Source: Podarcis vaucheri
Taxonomy: Eukaryota
Strand: one strand, 5' to 3'
Assembly (NCBI GenBank): GCA_965113315.1
Contig: OZ220363.1
Length of the DNA: 64,000 nucleotides
The translations under genes were made by a program, and so were the position numbers. Positions within the stretch are counted from its first letter, which is position 1. Every line of letters begins with the position of its first letter. A model generated the notes under the pieces. That model did not search any database. It worked only from the letters and a program-made list of their open reading frames with translations, and was not told where the DNA came from. Shown here in pieces: positions 1 through 21,900 of the stretch.

Positions 1-452
1 CACACAATAAGAGCCAAGCTAGAGGGCCATTCATGGTGCCCTATACTAGCTCTCCCAAGGTGCGTGAATTCACCCCAAGTTTTACTCAATATAGCCAGAC
101 AAAAATCGAGTCAGGCCTTTCAGGCAGGTAAATGGCTCAGCTGTAGCAGAAGACTGGCTCCAACAGGCCCAGGCCTCGCTGATTCAGTCCTTCATCCTAC
201 CCAGCCTTACACAGCTAAGATGGGATGCATCATTCCAGAAGACTCATTGTGGCCCCTAGGCAAAGTGACCATTTTGGAGGGTCCTGCAGTCAGAAAGGGA
301 AGTTGACATCCAGTGGGGCACAGACTGATAGGTACCTCCTTCCCCACTCTTTCCTGCCTTGTGCCCTACACTTTCCAGACACCCAAAGCATTTCCCATCA
401 AGGTGCCCCCACCCCAGCCCCAAGCCCAAACTACATCCCCTCCCCTGCAGCC

Positions 453-10601
<10,149 letters not shown>

Positions 10602-12829
10602 CCCGCCGCGCGTGAAAAGGGGCGTCAAGCGAGGTCGATCTCCTTGCTGCTGCCCCCGTTGATAGGTAGGCAGGTGCCCGGGTGGGAACTGCCCAGAGAG
10701 CAAGACGCCTCCTCCGCGGATAGCACTGCAAAAGGAAGAAGAAAGGGCTCCGCGCAGCCTTCCTCTTCCTGGGGCGGGAGAGGAGAGAAGAGAGGGAGGG
10801 AAGGAGGCGGGCTTTTCTGCGGCCTCCGCTTCTAATAAGCCGAGCGCGAGGGAGGGCGAAAGGGTTGCTTTTAGGATGAGTCACCGCGCGTGTGGCGCCT
10901 TCATCATCCCTCCGTCCGGTCCTGCCAACTCAGGTCGCAAGCAGCCGAGATGGACGTCTCTGGCGGCGAAGGAAGCGGGACTTGGCTTTTTTCTTTGCAG
11001 GGTTGGGATCCGCCTGCTGCAACCCAGCAACCCCTCAAACAGAACCGGAGAGATGGAAGTTTGACGGAAAATAGAAGTACTGGTTGCGCATAGGTATATA
11101 TGCGACACTCGATTTCTCATCGTTGATATACTGGCCGCGAATAAGTGAACTGACTCCGTTTCAAAGCTTTGCGTCAGTCACATTGGTAATCAAGGGATGA
11201 ACACATCTATACGAATTAGTCCTTTGATCGAGCGTGTCAAGAGGATAGATCCTGGCACATCACGATGTTATTTTTTCCTACACCTGTAATAGAGTATTTC
11301 TTGTTTTTTAGGCAAGCAAGCCTATCCAGACATGTAACTTTATTTTGGACATTTATGTTAAAACTGCTGTTTTTATCTGTATTGTGCTAGATGTTATGTC
11401 TGTTTTCTTTTAAAGATTGCTTTTATCAGTACTTTTATATTTTATATTGTTTTATGTAATCTGCTTAGAGGTTTTTGTTGAAAAAGCAGGATATAAATCT
11501 TGTTAAATTGGACCCCATATGTACCAATTTGATTATTTGTGCTACAAATAACCATAAATCGAAATGGTGGGAGGAATGGAAGATAACCCTTTTGTCCATT
11601 GTGATCATTCTGACAGTGCATAGAACATACTGTGGCATGTTTGTGTTCCGCCATCCTCATGGTTACCAAGTACTTCCTTTCAGTGGAAGTCAATGATATT
11701 TTGTACTGAGGCATTGCAATAGATATAGAGATGTCTCACTTTCTCTTTACATCCATCAGACAACAACATATTATGCTAAAAATGATTCTGGCCTTGTATA
11801 GGTAAACTAATATCTACTACCACCAAGCCATTGGGTGTCTGAAATGCCATAAACTCCGATATGACCAGAGCCACATGTGTACATTACTTTTCTGAAGGCA
11901 GTTAATAGCACACTGCACAAACAGAAGTGGTGAGAGAGGGATCCCAGGATTCGCTCTTGGTTCCACTTCCCAAAGCACAAGGTTGAAGTTGGTTACTGTT
12001 CCCAATTTCTTATTTCTAGTCCCTACAAAAATTCAAAACAGCAGCATGAACAGCCTCAATAAAGAACTGAAGTTTATACAATGCCTCTATAATACAAGTA
12101 ACCACAGCCTGGCAGGCAACCTGGCAATGAAAATATTACACCCGTAACGATCACACCAGCAGTAGAGGAATTCGGATTTTATTTTTCCAAGAGAGTCTGT
12201 TTCTCATTTCTTCAACTGCTCTGTTAGGCTGTGTTCACAAAACAGTCCTTCAGTTTATTAGATGTACTTCAAGTCACCAGCATTCTTTGTGCTCATTCAC
12301 ATAAAGGAGTAATTAAAAATGACTATTACTCATACTTAAATCTAAGCATAACCAAGAGGTCTCCTGATTAGGCATTTGGTTTGTGATGTTGAATGTTGTC
12401 TGTTAACTCTGTTCTATCCTGTTTCCCCTTTGTTTAAACCAATTCATGAACCAAGAACTTACACATTCACTACTAATAATGAACCATATGTTGTAGATAT
12501 TACTCTACATTTATTATGCTATTTTTGTGATATACAAGTGACATGAGAAAACTTGGTATACTTATTTGTATAACATTCTTGTTTATAAAACACAGTAAAA
12601 AGTTATTCAAAAAAGAAAATAAAAAATGAGTAATTTAACACGTAAGCTTTTTAGTTCTCCAGAAATTGTTCATCAGACTAGATGGTAAACAAAGCAGGGG
12701 AAAGCGGGGGGGGGGGGGGGGAGTTAGGTAAAGCCACGAATGCATCATTCCATCTTAAGCCTTTTGCAAGATACCTTGTGGCTTTGCTACCAGTCTACAT
12801 TTTCTCCCACCCACCCTGCTGTTTACCAT

Positions 12830-12905
12830 TTTGCCTGATGAAGACTTCTGGAGAACTCAAAAGCTTGCATGCCATTTTGTGACATTTTTGTTGCCCTAAT
12901 TAATA
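12830..12905 (+). mobile_element. Penelope-like element terminal remnant with a decayed hammerhead ribozyme motif
   Basis: CTGATGA, a stem (GACTTCT/AGAACTC), then AAAAGCTT; resembles the terminal motif of squamate Penelope-like elements as I recall it. Confidence 0.5.
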
Positions 12906-13169
12906 TGTTGTGCTAATATAGGTTCTGGAATACTGCAGTATTGTGAGGCATGCATTTTATTTTATTTTTAGTGAGAAATGTTTCGTCTTAGCTCCACCTC
13001 TACGCTGAAAGCTGTCAGAAGCCACTGTCACTGCCATATTCCCCACCTGCAATATAAGGACAATGGATTGTGTTACTATTGACAGAGCAATTCTTAAAAC
13101 GTTTTAAACCCTTCTTTAAACACACACACATACATTTTTTCCAAACGAAATAACCTGAATTAAAAAAGA

Positions 13170-14100
13170 ATACGACCCGTCCCTTCTTTATTGGTTTTTA
13201 TTTTCTTTTTAGAAGGGAGCGGCGGGCATACTCCGCAGCCCACTCGTAGCTATAATTTCTCCATGGTTTTCCAATATACGGCCTTTTCCTTTTCGCCCTG
13301 GAAGCGGAAGGTTGAAACAGCCTCAAAAGAAACCCCAGGATTTCTATTTCTGCAGGAAGCCGAATAGTAGCCGCTCTCAACTTTTCCTATCTCTATTCTT
13401 GAATAGTAGGGACTGAGCGGCTTGCGCATGCGTGTCGCATGAAAACATCCCGCTTCACTCTCCGAGGCCGATGCACGTGATCGCTGAGTCGCTCGGCCTC
13501 GGCGTCTGTATGGCTGTTGCGGCTGCTTCCGGCCGCGGCTGTCAGGAGGACTCCTCGCTCCTCCCCCGCCCCCTTCCTGATCGGTGGCTGAAGAGATGGC
13601 GAGCGGCGGCGGCGGCAGCTCGGATGTCCCGGCGGCAGAGGCAGGGGAGCCGGTGCCGGTGCCCGGTGGCTGCGCGGCCGGAGGCGAGGAGGAAGAGGAG
13701 GAGGAGCAGGAGGTCTTGGCTCTGGCCGTCCACCTGAGGCGGCGCCTGAGGGGCTGGGAGGCGACGGTGGCCGCCGTGCAGCGGCTACTGGTCTGGGAGA
13801 GGCCGCCGCAGAGCCTGGCCGGGGCCGCCGCGCTCGGAGCTGCTCTGTGGTGAGAGGAGGCGGAGGCCACTACGGGGGGGGGCGCAGGATGGGGCCCCGG
13901 GAGGTAGCGCGCGCGCGGGGGGGGGGTGTTGTTCACGTGCGTGGCAGCGGCGGCGGTTAGGAACCGCGCGAAGGGGGCTGAAAGTAGAGCCGGCAGGTAG
14001 ATGAGGTCGTGGATGCGCCTGACGTGGTTTCAGCTGGGCGACCGGTTCTCTCTTGGCGAGAGGAAGCAGGCCAGGCTGCAAGAGAGCCCCGGGCCTAGGG
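13170..14100 (+). promoter_or_regulatory. CpG island / RETREG2 promoter and exon 1
   Basis: Very GC- and CpG-rich. NRF1-like TGCGCATGCGT 13423-13433, E-box CACGTG 13474-13479 and 13934-13939, TGACGTGG 14020-14027. Confidence 0.75.
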
Positions 14101-17100
14101 TCACCTATCCTGCTGCAAATTTAATACCACATAAGAGCTGTTCTCCTACGCGTGCTTACTTGGGAGTAGACCCCGATTGAAATCCGTTGGACTTACCTCA
14201 GAGTAAATGTGGATAAGCTTGTGCTCCTCATAATATTCCAGTTGTCTGCAGGGAAGCTTTCGAAGGGAAAGGAATTGCCAGTCTGGTGTGAAGTGGGCCT
14301 GTGTGGCAGCTTTAGGGTAGCGTTTTCTGATGTGGGTCAAGGGTAGGATTGCTCAGGAATAGCCATTCTGTTTCATTCTGAGTATCTGCCATGCATTATT
14401 CTGGAATAAGTTGATAGCCCCATGCGATTATGTTTTACCTATTAATGTAAACCTTCCCTTCTCTAAAGATCTCAGGTTTTCATATACAGTGGTATCTCGG
14501 GTTAAGTACTTAATTTGTTCTGGAGGTCCGTTCTTAACCTGAAACTCTTCTTAACCTGAAGCACCATTTTAGCTAATGGGGCCTCCTGCTGTCGCTGCGC
14601 CGCTGGAGCACGATTTCTGTTCTCATCCTGAAGCAAAATTCTTAACCCGAGGTACTATTTCTGGGTTAGCGGAGTCTGTAACCTGAAGCGTATGTAACCC
14701 GAGGTGCCACTGTATAGGGTTTCTCTGGCTATTCTCATAGCAACCCTGTAGGGTTGGTTGAGCTTAGTAATAATCAGTTGCCCAAGTCAGTAAGCTGGAG
14801 TTTGGACCAAGGTCTCCCCAAATCAATCAAAACACACATACAATTTGTGCAAAGATTTTGGTTGGGACATTTGGAAATAGGTCTCTTGAGGTTAGGGAAT
14901 TGTGGGGAAAGGTACTGGGGAGGCTAGTATGAGGAATTGAGGAAAGTGGAATAGGTAAGAAATTTGCAGTTGTGGAAGGGAATCTAGGGCTGTGAAGTTG
15001 AGTGGTAGTTGCAAGGGAGAGATCTGGTAAAATGTAGTTATGCAATGGTGATGGAAAGGCCTTGCAACAGGTAAAACTACACAGTGCATGTGTAAAAGAT
15101 CAAAGTTGATATGAGCAATAAAGCATTTGAGAATGGAGGATATTTGGTTGTGAATTCCCTCCATGGCCAAGGATTATCCTATTTTAAAGGAGGCACAGGT
15201 GTGCAGGGACATCCCCCACAAGTTGGAGTCATTCTGAAAAGAGCAGCACTTCTCCCAGAAGTAAGAGCAATGTGAAGGAACACTGAGATGAATTGCTAAT
15301 TGATAGTGGGTGGAATGTGCATTATGATTGTATGACTGTCTGGATCACTACTGCAGCCCCAAAGTACTTCAGATGCGCCTTTAAATGTCATCTGACTTTT
15401 GGATTCTTGGCCCTATCTTCTGAAAGTTAAAAAAGAATTGCTAGATACCTTTAAAACCACGAGATCTCTGGACACCATACTTTTGCCCAATTTTGGTATC
15501 ACTCTCTAGCAATCTAGAAGCTTCTGTTTGGAAACAACAACAAATCATAAAAGCAATGTAAATCCTTCTTTTGTGGTTCTTCATTAGTATGAGAAAAGTG
15601 GCAATTCTAAATATTCTTTCCTGTGCACTATGAAGGGAGGCAGATTACTTTAAAATAATGGACCCTGAAAGCTTAGTCAAAGAAACTCATAACATCTTTG
15701 CTTCTTCATGTAGATCTGCAAAAATTGTGAGATGACATGAGTGATTTAAAAGATAGGAAAGCATGGGAAACTTTCATTTGCTCCTACTTGGCACTAACAT
15801 TACATTTTGGAGCAGTTTTCAATATCCTTTATAAACAAATCCAGAATGGTGCCTCAAGTTATAATTACCGTTGGGAGTGGAAGGATGTTGGGTCCAGACG
15901 TCTAGTGAAAAAATGATTGCACCCTCCTGTAGCAAACTTTTGCTTATCTAATTGTTAAAATTCATCCCAGATGTCTGGGGGTAAAAAAGTAAGTTCAACA
16001 CCCTTCCCCCTGGATTACTTGCTTATTTCAGCAATAAGAATCTACTTTACAGGGAGTCAGTACTGGGCTCAGCAGGTCAATGGTCTACTACTTTCACTGG
16101 CAGAGAAACTCTAGAGTCGCAAGTCAAAAACTTTCCCAGCCCTAGTCCCTGAGACTCTTAACTGACGATAGCAGGGACTTAACATTGGACTTTCTACATG
16201 CCACACATGTACTCTGCCTATGAGCTATAGAGAAGAGTATAGAACAACCTGCATGCATGAGTCAGTAGTGGGGTTCCCTCCTTGAAATTGTCTGTCTGAG
16301 ACTACTGCTGGTCTTGTATGGACGAAATTCTGTTGCCCCTGACCACAGTGCAGTCATGGATTGATTAAGTCCCTGGTGGACCCAAGAAGGCTTTGCTTTG
16401 AGGCATATTTTGTGGTTTCTTCTACACTTGATCTAACAAGGATTGCAGTCACAAGCTTAGGATGTGGGACTTAACATTGGTTGGGTTTAGCGTCATGTAG
16501 ACTTCCCTCTTCACTCTCAAAGTATAAACAGACCTCTCCCTGACGCACGGGTGGTGCCAAGTGCGCCTCCAGGACTTGGCTTGTGATAAACACGGACTGC
16601 TACTAGCAGCTGCAGATAATTGGAGACTCGCCCAGGAGTGTTTCTACTTAGAATTTGTGCACTCACTGTGTACAACCCACATGGTTCATACTATCCCCAG
16701 CTTGGGCCTGGTAGCTTAGTAGTAACCCCTGGCAATGTGCCAGGCTGGGAGTAAGCCCTACAAGCTGTGCTGTTGTTAAGCCTGCAGTGGATGAGAACTG
16801 TAGTGCTAGCACATTCCTTGTTTTCTGCCTATCCTGCCTCTGCGCACACAGCAACATTGAACAAGCCCGTGTGGTGGAATCCAGCATACAGCTGGGGGTG
16901 GGGGGAAACATCCTGTTTACTCTTGCAGACAATGAGCTGACTGTCAGCAGAGCAGATTCACAGGCTGGAGTCAAGTAGGGGTTGGTAGTACACTTCCAAA
17001 GACTGCAGTTTGTGGAGATGTTAATTTAAACTAGAAATATTTTTTGTTATAATATTTAATAATAATTTAAGAGAAGGGAGAAAGATCCTGCCAGAAAATA

Positions 17101-18887
17101 TTTTCTCATTAAAAGAAGAAAAATTCTCAAACAGTAATACATACAGGGCTAGAAAGAGAAGAAAACATAACATAAAATAAGCCAGCAGCATATTTTTTAG
17201 GTACCCACCTTGCTCAGGCTATAGGGACGCGGGTGGCGCTGTGGGTAAAACCTCAGCGCCTAGGACTTGCCGATTGCATGGTCGGCAGTTCGAATCCCCG
17301 CGGCGGGGTGCGCTCCCGTTGCTCGGTCCCAGCACCTGCCAACCTAGCGGTTCGAAAGCACCCCTAAGTGCAAGTAGATAAATAGGGACCGCTTACTAGC
17401 GGGAAGGTAAACGGCGTTTCCGTGTGCTGCGCTGGCTCGCCAGATGCAGCTTGTCACGCTGGCCACGTGACCCGGAAGTGTCTCCGGACAGCGCTGGCCC
17501 CCGGCCTCTTAAGCGAGATGGGCGCGCAACCCCAGAGTCGGACACGACTGGCCCATACGGGCAGGGGTACCTTTACCTTTACATGCTCGGGCTAATATAT
17601 TTCAAATTACTAGGTGCCACCAACATCATTTTTCTAGTTGACTGGATGCCTGTAATTTTTAAACCTTTAATTACACAGAGTACAGGTCTCTAAACTGTAC
17701 ACTCATGGTCCGATGCATAGAAATTCTGTGCCTATAATAGATTTCAGTTGGAAGCTGTATACAACACTTTCAAGGATGTGAACTTCTGCCAGTGATAGCT
17801 CAAATAGGTAGAAAATAAAAAGGAACAGGGGTGCGCATCCCATTCCCACAATAAGCTTTGGGTGAACAGAAGAGTATATTTTGTCAGAGTTTGGTGGTTC
17901 CTAAGTTCCATCTTATTTTTTTACACATTTTGGTTGTCGTTGGCATAGTTTCACACCACACAGTTTCTTGTGTCCAAGCACTGTGTTGCTAGACCAAATG
18001 CAATTTGGGTATAACCATTGTGGTGGTCCAAAGCAAGTTTGGGTTGCACAAACCCAATTCCACATTCCACATTTGTTGGCTATTAATTATTTGTTATATT
18101 AGAATAATATAATTTCTAAAATTGGCTATCATTGGACTACCTAAAAATTTATAATCTGACATAAATGTTATGGATGTCATTCTTCATGAGATAGGAGCTG
18201 CAGCAGAGTGACAGACAGTCATTTTGGAAAATAGCTTCTGCAGACATGTGCACATGATGTTTACTGATGTTTCCTCTTTCTGAACTATCTTCTATGTCAT
18301 CCAAGTGGAAATTGCTTTCAGTAATGACTTTCCTTCTGAAATTTATTACAGTGGTACCTCGGGTTACATACACTTCAGGTTACATACGCTACAGGTTACA
18401 GACTCCACTAATCCAGAAATATTACCTTGGGTTAAGAACTTTGCTTCAGGATGAGAATAGAAATTGTGGAGCGGCGATGCAGCAGCAGCAGGAGGCCCCA
18501 TTAGCTAAAGTGGTGCTTCAGGTTAAGAACAGTTTCAGGTTAAGAACAGACTTCCAGAACGAATTAAGTTCTTAACCCGAGGTACCACTGTATAGGACAC
18601 TGGTCTATAGTGTTGGACTTGGACCTTGAAAACTTTGAAATGTACTCTAGCATTTGGCACAATATGGCCTAGATCAGACATAGGCAAACTCGGCCCTGCA
18701 GATGTTTTGAGACTGGAATTCCCATAATTCCTGACCACTGGTCTTGTTACCTAGGGATGATGGGAGTTGTAGTCCCAAAACATCTGGAGGGCCGAGTTTG
18801 CCTGTGCCCGGCCTAGATTAAGGGCCACTGACGAGTGCCAAGGCACCTGCAAAGGCTTTAACTGATGCCCCAGATACTGAGCTTTCA

Positions 18888-18920
<33 letters not shown>

Positions 18921-21900
18921 CTGTAGCCCTCCTAGAAAGGAAGTTATGGGGTAAAATGTGCAGGTGCTTTCTCAGCAATTTCTGTGAAATGAGTGAGTGT
19001 GAGATGGCCTCTTTTAACTTTTGTCTTTATCCCTGTAACTTTCCAGGCTGTTTTCCTCCACTTCGTTGCGTCCTCTATTCCTCCTCAGCATGGGCTTTAT
19101 TGGTGTTCTCCTGTTGGAGAGATGGAAGCCTCAATTCCTGTTGGATTTCTCAGGTAAGTGAAGTAGTGAAGGTTGTACAAGTAAAGGAAGTGGTGTACTT
19201 CTGGAGCAGGGATAATCTTGGTTGATTCTTGCATTCTTCCAAGTTCAGTTCATTGCTTCCTGTCCTGCTGTGATTTCCTGCTGACCAAGCCTTGAACTAA
19301 CACTTCCCCCCTTTTTTGCTATACTATACTGAATAAAAAGTAGCAAGTAATTGGCGTTCTTTGGACTAAAGGCACTTGGTTAATATTTGCTGGCGTTTTT
19401 TGTTTTTTTTCATCTCTTTGCTTCTGCTCATGTTGAGAATGCACATTAGAGCACCTTTCTGTTTGTTGAGGGCAGTCATGTGAGAAATGCTGTTTGGCTG
19501 AAAGATTAAATGTAGCAATTTGTTTTGTACAGTTAGAGCTTAAGGAGTGTGGATGTAACTGCCTGCAAGTCTTGACAAATTTTGGATTAAATAAGTGGTA
19601 TCATGAGTGCCTGAGTCAGAACCAGGCAACTATGTGGTGTTGGCCTACAATGTCTAATGTCTTTCCTTCACTGTCCTCAAGAAATATACCCTTGGTGAGC
19701 TCAGCATGTGGAGCACCAGTGGCTAGCCTTTTGTTCGCCCAAGGTCTGTATTTGTTCTTGACCAACCTTCCAGGGGTCCCATGAGAGCAGCGAGTGTAAC
19801 CAGAAGTGAGTCACCCCACTCTCTCTTTTGCACACAGAGAAACAGCTTCCCTTCTCAATTGGAAGGGCAGATTACCAAAGGGGGCAGTGGTTTAAATCTC
19901 TCCACTCATTGAATGATTGCTCGGGGGTGTGTGCAAATTGTATCCCCATCTTCATCTCAGTGCTGTATCTACTTTGATTTCTTCTTCTTGCCACTGCCAA
20001 ATTGGTGTAGTTTTTGTAAGCCATAAAAATTTGCTTGGGGGCGGGATCAGGTCCCCACAATGTGGGGTTAGCCACACTTATGGTAGAGGCTGTGTCTTTC
20101 CACATGGTGGAATCTCTAATTAACTCTTTTTGGGACACTTTTTAGGACACATATGAGCAACAACTTGCAGAGTCTGGTTTTCATTAATCAGTATATATGA
20201 TATTTCACAATGTCTTCAATCCTCCAAGAGAGAAGCTGATCACAAGATGTTAGAGGGAGTCTATTGTCTGGATTTAATATTGAATTCACTTAATCAGCCC
20301 TGTTGTGCCCAGACATCAAACCCTAAACAAAATACTGGCAGGGAGTGGTTTAGAAAAACAGAGACCTAGGTGCCCTGTTCAAGCAGGACTTGTAAAAACA
20401 TTGCAGCCCAGAAAATTGGATCACACACTCTTCTTGTGCAGTAAGGTGTATCATGTCAGTTTCACTTTGTGATTTTTGGAAGGTTTCCCATGTCACAGAA
20501 TGATGCAAAGCACCAGTAATATCACTCTTAGTAACGGATTTCTGCTTTAATCTTCCTGTGCTGGAGGAATTTCCTGTAGAGTAGCAGGATCAGCATCATT
20601 TTATTTTTATGTTAAATATTACTTGAGTTAAGTTAAGGCTGTTTTGTTCCAGATAACTGCTGGCAAAGAGTAGAGTTGCTGTGGGGTTACATAAGACAAA
20701 ATAGTAGGCCAGCCATAGTGAGCTGAGGGTTATTTTCTTCCTACTTTTCTTAAACGACCTGGTGAGCAGAACTACTATCCAACTTGGTTTATGTAAGATC
20801 AACTGACAAGCCACCTATCCAAGAAGCATCTAATGTTGACCCTCATAACTGACACAGTCATCCTGATTAGATCCCAGGCAGATTCTGTTGTTATCCTTAT
20901 GAATCGTATTGGAGCTGTATCATTAAATAGGAATGCAGCTTCCTCCCTGTTTGAAGGGCCAAGAAGAGCAGTTCTGAACATGGTGAACATTTTTCATATG
21001 CAGAATACAGCCAAATTTATAGAGAGACTGTACTGAGAAATTCACTGTGGATTCAAGGTTAATAACTTGCTGTTGCAGTGGACTGAGATTTCTGTGTGAT
21101 CTTTCGGGCCCATAAGACTGCTACACAAGGGGAAGCAATTGTTAAGTGAGCAGCACAATGCCCCTGCCAGAGCTAACAAAGTCAAAGGCTGCATTAGCTT
21201 CTTGTTGGTGCATTAGGAGGTACAAAACGGCATGGTGTAAACAGTTGCGTTCCTGCTGCCCCAGTACATGATGCCTGGATTCAGCACTCTGGCAAGCAAC
21301 AGTACTGAAATAACAGGCAAGCACAGTAGCCCATGTATTTGGAGCTGCCGTAAACAAACATTACAGCCAGGCTTCTGTGTTAACAATAGTAGCTTTTCAC
21401 ACTCCTGAAATGGGCCCAAGATTTTTCATGTGGGCAGTGGCTGCTGCAATGCCTGAGTACCCACCAGAATCTCTGCTGCCCGAGGAAGATGGTGATTGGC
21501 TCCCTCTGTTAGGGCTGATTGCCTGGAATCTGGGTCACAGACTTAACAAGATTGCTTTCTGCCGCTCCACTGCTCTATTCACCAGCCTGTCAGCTCTGTG
21601 TATGTGGCCCAGGGGAAAGCCCTGAGCTAGCCCCAAGCACTGTAGCTTGTACAGACTGTGTGCAGCTGACTGCACATTATAACAGCATAGCACGTCAGCT
21701 ACACTAGATAGTCATATCTGATGAGCTTTGAATTCTAGCTTCAAATCTCTAATGCAAAAGAGCTTATTCACACATCTTCTCTACAACTAGGCTCAAACAA
21801 AGGTCACATTTTAAGGAGCTCCCTGGGTGGCTTTGTAAAGCCAGGGTTTCTTTTTCCCCTCACATAATATATTTTATTGAAATTTGTAAGAAAATACAAA

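Noticed and set aside
13250-13936. 228-aa minus-strand ORF
   Set aside because: Antisense shadow of GC-rich RETREG2 exon 1; low complexity and no recognisable domain.
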